Positions 39,823-50,268 are shown, counted from the stretch's first letter. The stretch: 64,000 bases of DNA from Promethearchaeota archaeon (GCA_048937405.1 JBHLNF010000008.1:96001-160000); one strand, 5' to 3'. Notes: a model not told the origin generated them from the sequence alone. Made by a program: numbers and translations.

Positions 39823-41961
39823 TTAATTTTTTAGAGAATCTGGAAAATCATCAGCATTTTCTAAATTATTCCAATTTAGGGATATTTCTTCTAAAGAAGG
39901 TATACTACTCAGATTTTTTGGTAATTTCGTAAGGTGGTTATCATTTAGCTTTAATTTTTTAAGAGATTTTAAATTTATAAAAGAATTAGGTAATTTTTTT
40001 AATTTATTTCCAATTAACCAAATCTCTTTAAGAAAACTTAATAATCCTATCGATTCTGGTAGGAATTCAATATTGTTATCAATTAAATACAGCCTTTCCA
40101 GTGAATTAAGTGAACCAATTGAATCAGGAAGAATTTTAATCTGATTGTCTGTTAATTTTAGCACCTTTAATAGATTAAGTTTACCAAAATCTTCTGGTAA
40201 AACAACAAGTTTATTATATGATAAATCTAAAAATTCTAAAGATTTAATCAAACAAATTGAACTTGATAATTTATGTAAATTGTTATTATTTAAATAGAAA
40301 TATTTAAGAGATTTTAAGGTTCCCAGAGAATCTGGAATACTTTCTAATTTATTCCAACCTAATTTTAAAACTTCAAGAGAATTTAGTATCATTATTGATT
40401 CAGGGAGGAAGGAGAGATTATTATCTTCTAGGTTAAGAAATCTAAGTGATGACATTGAATTCAATGAGTCTGGAAGTTTTTCTAAATTATTACTACTTAA
40501 ATTAAGGTATTCGAGTGAATAGAGTAACCCAATAGAGCCAGGTAAATTTACTAATTTATTTTGAATTAGATTTAGAGTTTGAAGAGATTTTAGCTTCCCT
40601 ATAGAAGATGGGATTTCTAATAGTCTATTTCCACTAACATTCAAAAATTTTAATGACGATAGATTTCCGATTGATTTTGGAAGATAAGTTAGACAGTTCA
40701 TTTCTAAATTTAAATGAAGTAACGATGAAAGCTTACCTATTGAATCTGGGAGTTTCTCTATTTTGTTTTTACTTAAATTTAATAATTTTAAAGATGTAAG
40801 TGATAAAATTGATTTATTAATATCTTTAAGATTATTTCCTTCTAGATCTAAAGCTTTTAAGTTTTTTAAGGAAGCTATTGATTTGTTAATTTTATAGAGA
40901 TTGCATTTTTTTAATAGAAGTGATCTTAGTGAACGAAAATACTTTATATAACATGGAAATTTAACAAGAGGTACTTTTTCAATATGAATTGAAATAAGTT
41001 CCCCCATTGATACTTTATAATTTATGATTGGATATTTTTTTATTAAATATGAGATAGTTAAATAATTTCTAAATATATCTGATAATTTCGAGAGTGATAA
41101 ATCTTCAAAAGTTCTTGAAAGGTGTTTAAATGATAATTTAAATTTTTTATCATCAATACTCCTTATTTGATCTATTAATACCTCTCTCGCTGCTTCATTG
41201 TTTAATCTTTCTAATGCTATTGTCAGTGCGATTGAGTTTTTAAAATTGAACTCATCTTTAATTGACCATTCAGTTGAGAAGAATTTAATTTTTTTTAGTC
41301 GTTCTAGATTTTCAATACCAAGAATTTCAGAATGATCCTGAAAAGCATCTCTATCTCGCCAATAAATAGCTTGGTTATCAACTTCAGAAAAATCTAAATA
41401 AGTTATAAATCCCTTTTTTTCTAAAAATTTAAGTCTATGAAACTTCTTTTTTAGATTTTTAATGGTGAGTTGATTTATGAGTATATTTCCTAATTCATTA
41501 CTTGAAAATGACGTAGAATTATTATTATTAAAGAAAAAATGCTTCTTATCCTCGAAAATTTCAGAACTTATTCTATTCAGTTCATCGATTAATGCTTTTA
41601 TGATTTCATCATCATTATAATCTTTTAAAGCTTTAACTATTGTTATTAAACAGTTATAAGAATATTCATGCTTTAGAGCCCAGAGAAATGGAGATATCGC
41701 TTTCTTTGGATATTTATCTTTTAAAACATTTGCTGCAAAATATCTCAAATCATCATTTATTTCAGATATAAGTATATATTCTAAAATTTTGAAAACATTT
41801 TTATGTTTTAAATCAATTTTATTTAAGATTTTAATACAATCTTTTTTAATGATATCATCATTTATGTTTTCGATGAAATCTAGCAATAATCTAACTGTTT
41901 CACATTCATTAAATGCTTGACTTCTAAAATTTTCATAAATTCTACTTGGTGTTAACTCCAT
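39823..41961 (-). CDS. Leucine-rich-repeat protein with N-terminal HEAT-like region
   Basis: Many tandem 23-aa LPxSIGxLxSLxxLxLxxNxL repeats in the C-terminal half. Confidence 0.92.
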   Translation of the reverse strand: MELTPSRIYENFRSQAFNECETVRLLLDFIENINDDIIKKDCIKILNKIDLKHKNVFKILEYILISEINDDLRYFAANVLKDKYPKKAISPFLWALKHEYSYNCLITIVKALKDYNDDEIIKALIDELNRISSEIFEDKKHFFFNNNNSTSFSSNELGNILINQLTIKNLKKKFHRLKFLEKKGFITYLDFSEVDNQAIYWRDRDAFQDHSEILGIENLERLKKIKFFSTEWSIKDEFNFKNSIALTIALERLNNEAAREVLIDQIRSIDDKKFKLSFKHLSRTFEDLSLSKLSDIFRNYLTISYLIKKYPIINYKVSMGELISIHIEKVPLVKFPCYIKYFRSLRSLLLKKCNLYKINKSIASLKNLKALDLEGNNLKDINKSILSLTSLKLLNLSKNKIEKLPDSIGKLSSLLHLNLEMNCLTYLPKSIGNLSSLKFLNVSGNRLLEIPSSIGKLKSLQTLNLIQNKLVNLPGSIGLLYSLEYLNLSSNNLEKLPDSLNSMSSLRFLNLEDNNLSFLPESIMILNSLEVLKLGWNKLESIPDSLGTLKSLKYFYLNNNNLHKLSSSICLIKSLEFLDLSYNKLVVLPEDFGKLNLLKVLKLTDNQIKILPDSIGSLNSLERLYLIDNNIEFLPESIGLLSFLKEIWLIGNKLKKLPNSFINLKSLKKLKLNDNHLTKLPKNLSSIPSLEEISLNWNNLENADDFPDSLKN

Positions 41962-42132
41962 ATTAAAATATATTCTTTTCCATGTTTTTTTAAGAATTTC
42001 CTAGCTACATTAAATTTAATAAATCTTTTAGGAACAATAAAGAATTTTTTAAAAAAAATTTTTAGAGACTTGAATTTATAATTCAACTCTAAATTTTGAA
42101 TAACTAAATCCTAAATAATCAATATAAAATAT

Positions 42133-42327
42133 TTAACGTATTTCGACATTTAATATATTTGAATAAAGAACTTTTCTTTTCTTATCAGTAATTGAAAAGT
42201 TTAAACGTGGCGTACAAGCTAACAGCAATTTAAAATATTGATCAATGTTCTCTTTACCATTCATATCTTGTTCAGGAATAGCTACTCTATCTTTAAACTC
42301 TATTTCTTTTTGTATTGCTTCAACCAT
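42133..42327 (-). CDS. Small protein; C-terminus resembles VhuU but lacks the Ni-binding motif
   Basis: FSITDKKRKVLYSNILNV aligns without gaps to VhuU ITVVDERGKEIYSRELNV (7 of 18 identical). Confidence 0.55.
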   Translation of the reverse strand: MVEAIQKEIEFKDRVAIPEQDMNGKENIDQYFKLLLACTPRLNFSITDKKRKVLYSNILNVEIR

Positions 42328-42659
42328 AATTTTAATTTCTCCAATTTTTCTTTTTTTATTAAATCTTTTTGCCTAAATATAGATTCTGAATATTAGTATA
42401 TAAATATATCGGTTATAGATTAATTTAAACAACGCAGTGAGTTATAGTTTCAATTTCTTATAATGTTTGCTAAAAAAGTTTCAAATTGAAAATTTTTTTT
42501 TTCAATCATTTCTCTTTTCATTCATAATGGCTAGAGAATGTGATCGATCCCGATCAAAAGTAAAGTTTCTATGATCATTTGTGAAAATCTTAAAAATAAA
42601 GTTTATTATATTTTTATAAAAAATAAATCTAAAAATTGATTTTAAAATTAGGTTTTGAT

Positions 42660-43331
42660 TTATTTTTTTATACGATCTAATAGGGAATCCCAAAAAATCG
42701 CTTTATAATCCCCTGAATAATGAATATTACTAATTTTTAAACTTATGACCTTTTTTGAACATGCATTTACGCATGTTCCACAACTTATACATTTATCTTG
42801 ATTGAATGATACTTTTTTATTTTTTGAATGAACTGATTTTAGATTTTTTTTAAGTTTAAAGAAAGCACCAGAAGGACACACTTCGGTACATGACATACAT
42901 GAAATACATTTATCCCAATCTACATAGATTTTTCCATCAAAAAATACTTTTATTTCTTTTTGATTGCTATTGACTAAGTGATATTCTAAATCTGGTACAA
43001 CTCTTTTTCTTATAATCCCCATTTCTTTAGTGGGCATTTTTTCTCCATTATACTTCAATGATATTGCTGATAATGGGCAAATATAGGCACAAGTTCCGCA
43101 AAAAGAGCATTTAAGAATATCTGGAGTATCTGGTATTAAATCTTCTGTTTTTATTCTTATTTTACCTTCTAATCTTGGATGAGGGATTGCATTATTTGGA
43201 CAAGCTTTAATACATAATCCACAACCAATACATTTTTCTTTATCTATTTTTATGGAATAATCTTCTGTATAAAAACTAAAATTTATTTCATTAAATTCAT
43301 AGGTGTTAACTTTGTTTACTCTAGGATACAC
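42660..43331 (-). CDS. Polyferredoxin with four 4Fe-4S motifs (MvhB/FwdF-like)
   Basis: CIGCGLCIKACP, CSFCGTCAYICP, CISCMSCTEVCP, CISCGTCVNAC. Confidence 0.88.
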   Translation of the reverse strand: MYPRVNKVNTYEFNEINFSFYTEDYSIKIDKEKCIGCGLCIKACPNNAIPHPRLEGKIRIKTEDLIPDTPDILKCSFCGTCAYICPLSAISLKYNGEKMPTKEMGIIRKRVVPDLEYHLVNSNQKEIKVFFDGKIYVDWDKCISCMSCTEVCPSGAFFKLKKNLKSVHSKNKKVSFNQDKCISCGTCVNACSKKVISLKISNIHYSGDYKAIFWDSLLDRIKK

Positions 43332-43368
43332 TTCTCAATCATACTCTAAAATTGATTTTAGAAAGTTA

Positions 43369-43959
43369 TTATAAATTAACTGTTAATATCTTAGATTCTA
43401 TATTTCGTTCTTTTAGTCGGCTATTTATTCCTTTAAACGTACTTTTTTTACCAAAATGTATGAGATTCCAATCTTTAGATTCAGATCCTTTAGTGATGTT
43501 TATGATTTTTTTGACAGCTAAATCAATTCTTATTTTTTGGTTTATATAAGACTTTAATTCTTTAATTTCATTTGAATAATAATTCATTAAATAACTAAGT
43601 TCCCGTGCAGCAGGACTATTCTTATTAGTTAAAACATTTAAAGTAGATTTTATTTCATTATTTTTATGTTTTAAGTCAATGATTTGATTAACCAAATGTC
43701 CTTTTACATAATAAGGTAATTCTATAGTAAAATAAGGAATTTCATATTCTTTTAAAACTTCTGATAAAAATGTTTCATTAAATTCCTGTAGATTCATGTA
43801 TCCTAAATCTATTGTTGCTAAGTCGACTGAATTTCTCTCTAAAAATTTAAATAAATCTTCAAAATTCTTAACTAATGTTTTTGAATTTTTATCGTTTCTT
43901 AATTCCGTAAATATTTTGGAATTTGCTAAAGTTTCAGAGATTAATGTTTTTATTTTCAA
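43369..43959 (-). CDS. Hypothetical protein within the hdr-mvhD operon
   Basis: 196-aa ORF with TTG start preceded by GGAGG; no Cys. Confidence 0.65.
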   Translation of the reverse strand: MKIKTLISETLANSKIFTELRNDKNSKTLVKNFEDLFKFLERNSVDLATIDLGYMNLQEFNETFLSEVLKEYEIPYFTIELPYYVKGHLVNQIIDLKHKNNEIKSTLNVLTNKNSPAARELSYLMNYYSNEIKELKSYINQKIRIDLAVKKIINITKGSESKDWNLIHFGKKSTFKGINSRLKERNIESKILTVNL

Positions 43960-43969
43960 CCCCTCCTTT

Positions 43970-44443
43970 TTATATTATTTTTACTTTATTTTGTAAACTT
44001 TTTTCAATAAAATTTGAATTTTGATTTTTTATTGGACTAGGTCCTAATATTTTTAATTCTTCGACAAATTTGTTAACAATATTTGTTAATTTTGCTCCCT
44101 CAGAAGCAGATACAAAAATATATTTAACTCTTTTAGGATTAATACCAAATTGCTTTAAATAGAATAAAAACAGTGGTATTCTTCTAATTGTCTTAAGATT
44201 TCCGGACACATAATGGCAATCACCTGGATGGCAATGTGAAATTAAAATTCCATCAATACCATCTTTTAAGGCAGTAGTTATAAATTCGGGAGTAATTCTA
44301 CCACCACACATTACTCTTATGATTCTCAGGTTGGCAGATCGCTGCATTCTGGAAGTCCCAGCCTGATCAGCTCCAGCATAAGAACACCAATGGCAGAAAA
44401 TTCCTAAAATTGATGGATTAAAATTTAACACATTTGTTTCCAT
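43970..44443 (-). CDS. mvhD: [2Fe-2S] subunit MvhD (all-Cys form)
   Basis: FCHWCSYAGAD, IRVMCGGR, CHPGDCHY, SASEG. Confidence 0.95.
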   Translation of the reverse strand: METNVLNFNPSILGIFCHWCSYAGADQAGTSRMQRSANLRIIRVMCGGRITPEFITTALKDGIDGILISHCHPGDCHYVSGNLKTIRRIPLFLFYLKQFGINPKRVKYIFVSASEGAKLTNIVNKFVEELKILGPSPIKNQNSNFIEKSLQNKVKII

Positions 44444-44445
44444 TA

Positions 44446-46428
44446 TTATCCTCCTACTTTTTCTGATTTTTGAACTGCATTATGTATCATTGGTAATAAT
44501 TGTGCATTACCAAATTGATTCTGGATAATTGCTGAAGTAGGGCATGCAGCAACACAAGTTCCACATCCTTTACAAAGAATCTTATTAATTTCAGCAACTT
44601 TTTGAAATTCATTAAAAGATATTGCATTGAAAGGGCAAACACTAATACAACTTTTACAACCGGCACACCTATGATTTAATACTATTGAAAAAATTGGATC
44701 AATTTCCACTTTTCCTTTGGCAATTAATAATGCTGATTGCAATGCTGCAGCTTTTGCTTGAGCAATAGCATCAGGAATATCTTTAGGGCCTTGAACTGCT
44801 CCCGCTATAAAGATGCCATCAGTTAATGTTTCTACTGGACGTAATTTAGGATGTGCTTCCATTAAAAACCCATCTTCAGACCGTTGTACATTAAATAGCC
44901 TAGTTATCTTATTAGAATCTTGTCTTGGTTCCAATCCAACGGCTAAAACTAATAAATCGGCCTTAATTCTAATTAGTTTTTGCAAAAGAGTATCTTCCCC
45001 ACGAACTATGATATTATGGTCTACATCCTCTACTACTTCTGAAATTCTTCCTCTTATAAATTTGATATTAAATTCCCTTCCGGTAGAGTCATAAAATTCT
45101 TCATATCCTTTTCCAAATGCCCTTATATCTATATAAAAGATAAAAATGTTTGCATTAGGATGTTTTTCTTTAAAAAGTCTAGCCTGTTTCGCTGAATACA
45201 TACAGCAGACTCTAGAACAATATTTATTTCCTTTTTCAGTAAAATCTCGACTACCTACGCATTGAAGAAATACTATCGTAGAGGGTTCTTTTAAGTCTGA
45301 TCTTCTTTTTACTTTACCTTCTGTTGGACCAAATGAACTCATTAATCGTTCCATTTCTAGCCCAGTAATAACATTTGGATATCTTCCATAGCCATATTGC
45401 CTTAAAATTGTTGGATCATAAAGGTCATATCCAGTTGATAAAATAATAGTTCCAACCTTAATATCTACAAATGTTGGTTTGTCATCATATTTAACAGCAT
45501 CAACAGGACAAATTTCAGCACAAATTCCACACTTGATACAATGGTTCATATCAATCGTATATTTTCCAGGAACGGCTTGAGGAAAAGGAATATATACTGC
45601 TTTTCTCTTTTTCATTCCTAAATCAAATTCGTTAGCAGCAATAACAAAGCATTCCTGAGCACAAGTTCCACATCCGGTGCAAATTTCTTGATCTATATAA
45701 TGAGGTTTTTTTTTAATAGTAACATTAAAATTCCCAACATAACCAGAAATATTTGTAATTTCACTATAAGTCATTAATTCTATATTTTTAGCCTTCATAA
45801 CTTCAGACATTTTTGGAGTTATTACGCAAGAAGAACAATCTAATGTAGGGAAAGTTTTATCAAGTTGAGCCATATGACCTCCAATAGTGGTTGTTTTTTC
45901 TACAAGATAGACTTTATATCCAAAATTGGAAAGATCTAAAGCAGCATTCATTCCAGCAATTCCTGCACCAACAATTAAACAAGCAGGTTCAACATCTACA
46001 TTAAATTTTTCCAAAGCTTCTAACTTACTAGCTTTTGCTACAGCCATCCTGACATGTGATTTTGCAATTTCATAGGCTCCTTTAGTATCTTGTATGTTTA
46101 CCCAACTACAATGTTCTCTTATATTTGCTGTTTCAAACAAAAATTGGTTTAAACCAGCTTCTTTACAAGCTTTTCTAAAAGTAGTTTCATGCATTCGTGG
46201 TGAACATGCAGCCACTACAACCCTATTGATTTCACCATTTCGAATCTTTTCCTTTATTAATTCTTGCCCAATTTCAGAACACATAAATTTATAATTATAA
46301 GCTTCAGTTACATTTGGAAGAGTTTTTGCATATTTTGTTAAATTTTCAACATCGATAACACCAGCTATATTATTACCACAGTGACAAATAAATACTCCAA
46401 TTTTTGGTTTATCCTTCAAGTTTTTCAC
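44446..46428 (-). CDS. hdrA: Heterodisulfide reductase flavoprotein subunit A (Cys form)
   Basis: VFICHCGNNI, AACSP, NIREHCSWV, GAGIAG, DKTFPTLDCSSC, QCVGSRD, YCSRVCC, GPKDIP. Confidence 0.97.
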   Translation of the reverse strand: MKNLKDKPKIGVFICHCGNNIAGVIDVENLTKYAKTLPNVTEAYNYKFMCSEIGQELIKEKIRNGEINRVVVAACSPRMHETTFRKACKEAGLNQFLFETANIREHCSWVNIQDTKGAYEIAKSHVRMAVAKASKLEALEKFNVDVEPACLIVGAGIAGMNAALDLSNFGYKVYLVEKTTTIGGHMAQLDKTFPTLDCSSCVITPKMSEVMKAKNIELMTYSEITNISGYVGNFNVTIKKKPHYIDQEICTGCGTCAQECFVIAANEFDLGMKKRKAVYIPFPQAVPGKYTIDMNHCIKCGICAEICPVDAVKYDDKPTFVDIKVGTIILSTGYDLYDPTILRQYGYGRYPNVITGLEMERLMSSFGPTEGKVKRRSDLKEPSTIVFLQCVGSRDFTEKGNKYCSRVCCMYSAKQARLFKEKHPNANIFIFYIDIRAFGKGYEEFYDSTGREFNIKFIRGRISEVVEDVDHNIIVRGEDTLLQKLIRIKADLLVLAVGLEPRQDSNKITRLFNVQRSEDGFLMEAHPKLRPVETLTDGIFIAGAVQGPKDIPDAIAQAKAAALQSALLIAKGKVEIDPIFSIVLNHRCAGCKSCISVCPFNAISFNEFQKVAEINKILCKGCGTCVAACPTSAIIQNQFGNAQLLPMIHNAVQKSEKVGG

Positions 46429-47365
46429 CTATCTTTGTTAAAAAAGGTTCTATTGAAATAAATGGTGGAACACCAGATAATTCTTTATCTTTAATTAAGC
46501 CAACTTCTTCAGGGTTCATACCAAGAGCAAGTCCTAATAATTGTGTATAATATATTACAGGAATATTAAAAGGAGTTCCAATACTATCTTTAAAAATATT
46601 GTTTATTTCTATTTGTCCTAGATCGAACTGAAGATGACAAAAAGGACATACTGTAATAATAGCTTCAGCGCCAGCAGCTCTTATATTTGTGAGTTTCTCT
46701 CTTGTAAAATCTAATGAAATTTCTTTAAAAGCACTTCTCACTGCTCCTGCCGCACCACAGCATCTATATTTATCCAGATAATCTATACTTTTACACCCTG
46801 TTACTTCAACTAAATCATCTAAAAAGTGTGGTGTTTCAGAATCATTGCCCCATGGTCTTATTTCAGATGGTTTTAAAAGATGACATCCATAATGTACAGC
46901 CACTTGTAGGTCTAATTTATTCTTTCGCCCATATTTTACACGATTTTTTATTTTCTCTAATCCGATATCTTTGTATAAGACTTCTATAATATGTTTAACT
47001 TTAATACTTCCTTTATACGATCTATTTATTTTTTTAAGATGATAATTTACCATCTTTCGCTTTTCTGTGTCAGATTTTAATTGATGATTAGCTTCAAGTA
47101 GACTTCCATAACATCCATTGCACATGGTAACTATATTATAATTATTATTCTCCGCAATTGTCAAATTTCTAGCCCCAATGATTAACCATGTATCAATATC
47201 AAAACCGCGAAAAACTCCTGGTGCTGGACAGCATGAAGCCCCCTCCATTTCGATTAGATCAATACCTAATTTTTGAAATACTTTTTTAGTAGCAGCTTCG
47301 ATAAAAGGATATCTGTTTGGTATTACACATCCAAGGAACAATGAATATTTTTTATCTTGTACCAT
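46409..47365 (-). CDS. hdrB: Heterodisulfide reductase subunit B (copy 2)
   Basis: FLGCVIP, SCCPAPG, CNGC, HYGCH, CCGA, CPFCHLQFD. Confidence 0.95.
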   Translation of the reverse strand: MVQDKKYSLFLGCVIPNRYPFIEAATKKVFQKLGIDLIEMEGASCCPAPGVFRGFDIDTWLIIGARNLTIAENNNYNIVTMCNGCYGSLLEANHQLKSDTEKRKMVNYHLKKINRSYKGSIKVKHIIEVLYKDIGLEKIKNRVKYGRKNKLDLQVAVHYGCHLLKPSEIRPWGNDSETPHFLDDLVEVTGCKSIDYLDKYRCCGAAGAVRSAFKEISLDFTREKLTNIRAAGAEAIITVCPFCHLQFDLGQIEINNIFKDSIGTPFNIPVIYYTQLLGLALGMNPEEVGLIKDKELSGVPPFISIEPFLTKIGEKLEG

Positions 47366-47425
47366 TTTTAATTAAACCGTTAAATCTTATTGAGAATTAC
47401 TAAAAATTTATTTATTTTATACTTC

Positions 47426-48052
47426 TTATATTTTTGAGATCTTTAACTTTTCTTCTTCTGTAATATATTTCTCAAGTGTTTCCTCAACTAGAGAGACTTT
47501 AACTTTCTTTTTAATTCCCAACTCCTCGGAATCAATATTAATTAACTCATTGAATTTGGAGCTTATTAAGAGCTTTTTTACCTCATCCAAATCTTTTTTA
47601 TTGGAATGAACAGTAGGAGGAATTTTTTTTAATCCATAGAATTCTCGTAATACATTCCATTTTTTGTCATCGATTGGAACACCATGTCCAGAAAAACAAA
47701 ATTTTTTACATAAATCGAGGTGACTTTTTAACATGAATCCTTTTTGAACAGCCAAATTTCGTAAAAATATTAACATATCAGTAATAGGTAATTTACGAGG
47801 GCATCTTTCAAGACATGTATAACAAGTTGAACAATACCAAATATCATTTTCTGAAAGAATATCTTCAACCCCTAACTGAACTTTCCTTATAATTGTCCTT
47901 ACTTTCAAAGCTGTTCTTTCTCCTGAGGGACAACCTCCGGAGCATGTTCCACATTGAATACAAGCATCAACTTCAGAATAACCTGCTTCTTTTAAAGAAT
48001 CTACTAATGTATTTGTACAATTAGTTATAATATCTGGTTCATAATCTAACAT
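47426..48052 (-). CDS. hdrC: Heterodisulfide reductase subunit C (copy 2)
   Basis: CIQCGTCSGGCP, WYCSTCYTCLERCPR, GHGVP, PPTVH. Confidence 0.95.
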   Translation of the reverse strand: MLDYEPDIITNCTNTLVDSLKEAGYSEVDACIQCGTCSGGCPSGERTALKVRTIIRKVQLGVEDILSENDIWYCSTCYTCLERCPRKLPITDMLIFLRNLAVQKGFMLKSHLDLCKKFCFSGHGVPIDDKKWNVLREFYGLKKIPPTVHSNKKDLDEVKKLLISSKFNELINIDSEELGIKKKVKVSLVEETLEKYITEEEKLKISKI

Positions 48053-48402
48053 TTTGTTTCTTTCCTTATCTATTATCTATATAAAAGTCATTTTAACCGA
48101 TTTAGTCCAAACTTTTTTTTAAAGAATGATTAAAACAGCTAAAAGGTTATTAAGCCTTAGGAGAATAAATGTGAATTTAATATATAAGTTTTCCCTTTAC
48201 ATTTAATAGAATTAGAGATCCTCTACTATTTTTCATTAAAGGGTTTCAATTTGCAACAATTACTTTCAAAAAATTTCAATTTTAAAATTCATTATAAATA
48301 ACCCTCGCTAATTTAAGATTTATAAGTAGCATTCTTTAATAACTTACATTCATTTAATTATCATACTATTTAAAATAACAAAACTATTTGAGATTTAATA
48401 AA

Positions 48403-49806
48403 ATGCCAGTACCAGTAGTTTTTATGCAACTTAGTTCTTGCTGGGGTTGTCATCAGAGTCTATTAAATGCACATTTTGAACTGCTTCCTTTTCTTTCAGA
48501 ATTAGAAATTGTTAATTGGTCTACTATTTTCGATATAAAAGATGAAACTTTAATAGAGAAAGAAGCAGGATCAATAAAAGTTGGGTTCATTGAAGGCGTT
48601 GTGAGAACAGAAGTAGATACTTTAAAAGTTAAATTAATAAGGCAAAAATGTGATATTATTATAGCATTTGGGGCATGTGCAAGTTATGGAAGTATACCAG
48701 GGTTAGCTAATTTATATGAGATAGATAAGTTAGTAGAAAGAAAATTCAAAGATGTTAAATCTATTTTTGAAACTGACTTAGAGGAAACGAAGTTTAACTT
48801 GCCAAAATTTGAGGATTTTATTTATAATGTTAAGGATTTAATCCATGTAGATTTATTTATCCCTGGATGTCCGCCTAAAACAGAAAATATTACAGCATTG
48901 CTATTATATTTGATAACTCAATTAAATAATAGTTCTAAAAATCGTAATAGTGCTAAAACTGTATGCGACAACTGTAATCTTTATTCTAATGGTTGCCTTT
49001 TAGATCAGGGTAGACTCTGTTTTGGATCCATAACTGCTTCTGGTTGTGAGTTAATGTGCCCTCATAATTCAAATACTTGCTTTGGCTGTTTCAAATGTAC
49101 ACTTAACCCTAATAGAAAAGTTTCAGAATTGCAAAAATTAATCATAGATATAGATGATTTAAATGATGAATTAATGAAAGTTTTTCAACATTTTTTGATT
49201 TCTTACTTAGGGTTATCTAATCTTACAAATTTTTATTTCCGTAAGGACTTATTGCAAAGACTTGCTTACGAACCAGAAAGCTTTACTCAAATAGAAAAAG
49301 AAACTAAAAATGGTTTATTACAAATGTTAAATGTCAAGCCATCAGGAATTCCTATTATTGATGAAATTATTGGTGCAATTTTATTTCTTTTAAAAAATAG
49401 TTCAAGGTTTAAATTTAGCACTAAAACTGTTTGTAGTCATTGCAATAGAATTATAGTAGATAAAGTTCCCACGAGTTTAAAAAGAGATTATGAAGGACTA
49501 CCTACTCAAGATAAATGCTTTTTAGAACAAGGATATCTCTGTTTCGGACTTGTTACTCATGCCGGCTGCGGAACCATATGTCCTAATAAAGCGAATGCTC
49601 CATGCTTAGGATGTTATGGTCCGCCGGTGGGAATCAAAGATCAAGGTCCAAAATTCATAAGTACTTTAGGATCTTTATGTGTAGATCTTGATCCTGAAGA
49701 AATCATCAACTCTATTAAGGATCCAGTAGGTTTATTCAATAGATTTACCCTCGCGGATAGTATTTTAAAACATAAATATTCTGATAAGATATATGAATTA
49801 CAATAA
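48403..49806 (+). CDS. mvhG: Hydrogenase small subunit MvhG (copy 2) with a duplicated C-terminal Fe-S domain
   Basis: MPVPVVFMQLSSCWGCHQS, FIEG, GACASYG, PGCPP, two C-terminal Cys domains; ATG at 48403. Confidence 0.9.
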   Translation: MPVPVVFMQLSSCWGCHQSLLNAHFELLPFLSELEIVNWSTIFDIKDETLIEKEAGSIKVGFIEGVVRTEVDTLKVKLIRQKCDIIIAFGACASYGSIPGLANLYEIDKLVERKFKDVKSIFETDLEETKFNLPKFEDFIYNVKDLIHVDLFIPGCPPKTENITALLLYLITQLNNSSKNRNSAKTVCDNCNLYSNGCLLDQGRLCFGSITASGCELMCPHNSNTCFGCFKCTLNPNRKVSELQKLIIDIDDLNDELMKVFQHFLISYLGLSNLTNFYFRKDLLQRLAYEPESFTQIEKETKNGLLQMLNVKPSGIPIIDEIIGAILFLLKNSSRFKFSTKTVCSHCNRIIVDKVPTSLKRDYEGLPTQDKCFLEQGYLCFGLVTHAGCGTICPNKANAPCLGCYGPPVGIKDQGPKFISTLGSLCVDLDPEEIINSIKDPVGLFNRFTLADSILKHKYSDKIYELQ

Positions 49807-49826
49807 AGCCGTTGTATAATGTTTTT

Positions 49827-50159
49827 TTAGTTATAATTATCAGATTTTCCAAATTTTGTAAAAAAATGCCGAAATTCCATAATTGTGTGAGTATATATCA
49901 TTCTAAGGTTAGAGTTTTGCATAACGCTCCCTACTTTTTCTCTCATTTCTGATTTATAACAATGAATAGAGCATTTCTCGCATGTGGGCTTATTTTCACT
50001 ATAATGGCAATATTCTAATCTTTTATTAGTATATTCGAAAAGTTTTAAACAATCATCATAAAATTGTTTATTAGAATATTGAAGATTTTTAAAGTATATC
50101 CTAATCATTGTTAATACAGTTTTTCTTTCTTTCTCAAAGTTATTATTAAAAGGTCTCAT
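49827..50159 (-). CDS. YgbA-like (nitrous-oxide-stimulated promoter family) protein, possibly degenerate
   Basis: ERKTVLTMIRIY...KRLEYC...KPTCEKCSIHCYK.EMREK; the first conserved Cys positions are missing. Confidence 0.7.
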   Translation of the reverse strand: MRPFNNNFEKERKTVLTMIRIYFKNLQYSNKQFYDDCLKLFEYTNKRLEYCHYSENKPTCEKCSIHCYKSEMREKVGSVMQNSNLRMIYTHTIMEFRHFFTKFGKSDNYN

Positions 50160-50268
50160 AACAATAACATCAATACTTAAGTAGATTTTGTATTTTGGTT
50201 ATAATTGAATTTATGAATTTTTCTTTTATAACCTAAATTCTTATAATTTTTGTTTCTAATTGAGAATT

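Noticed and set aside
39823-40900. 69-bp periodicity resembling a CRISPR array or tandem repeat
   Set aside because: Fully explained by the 23-aa LRR coding repeats; no constant repeat with unique spacers and no cas genes
46409-49806. CxxCH strings in HdrB2 (CPFCH) and both MvhG copies (CWGCH) as Ccm substrates
   Set aside because: These are cytoplasmic proteins without signal peptides, and the cysteines are established Fe-S ligands
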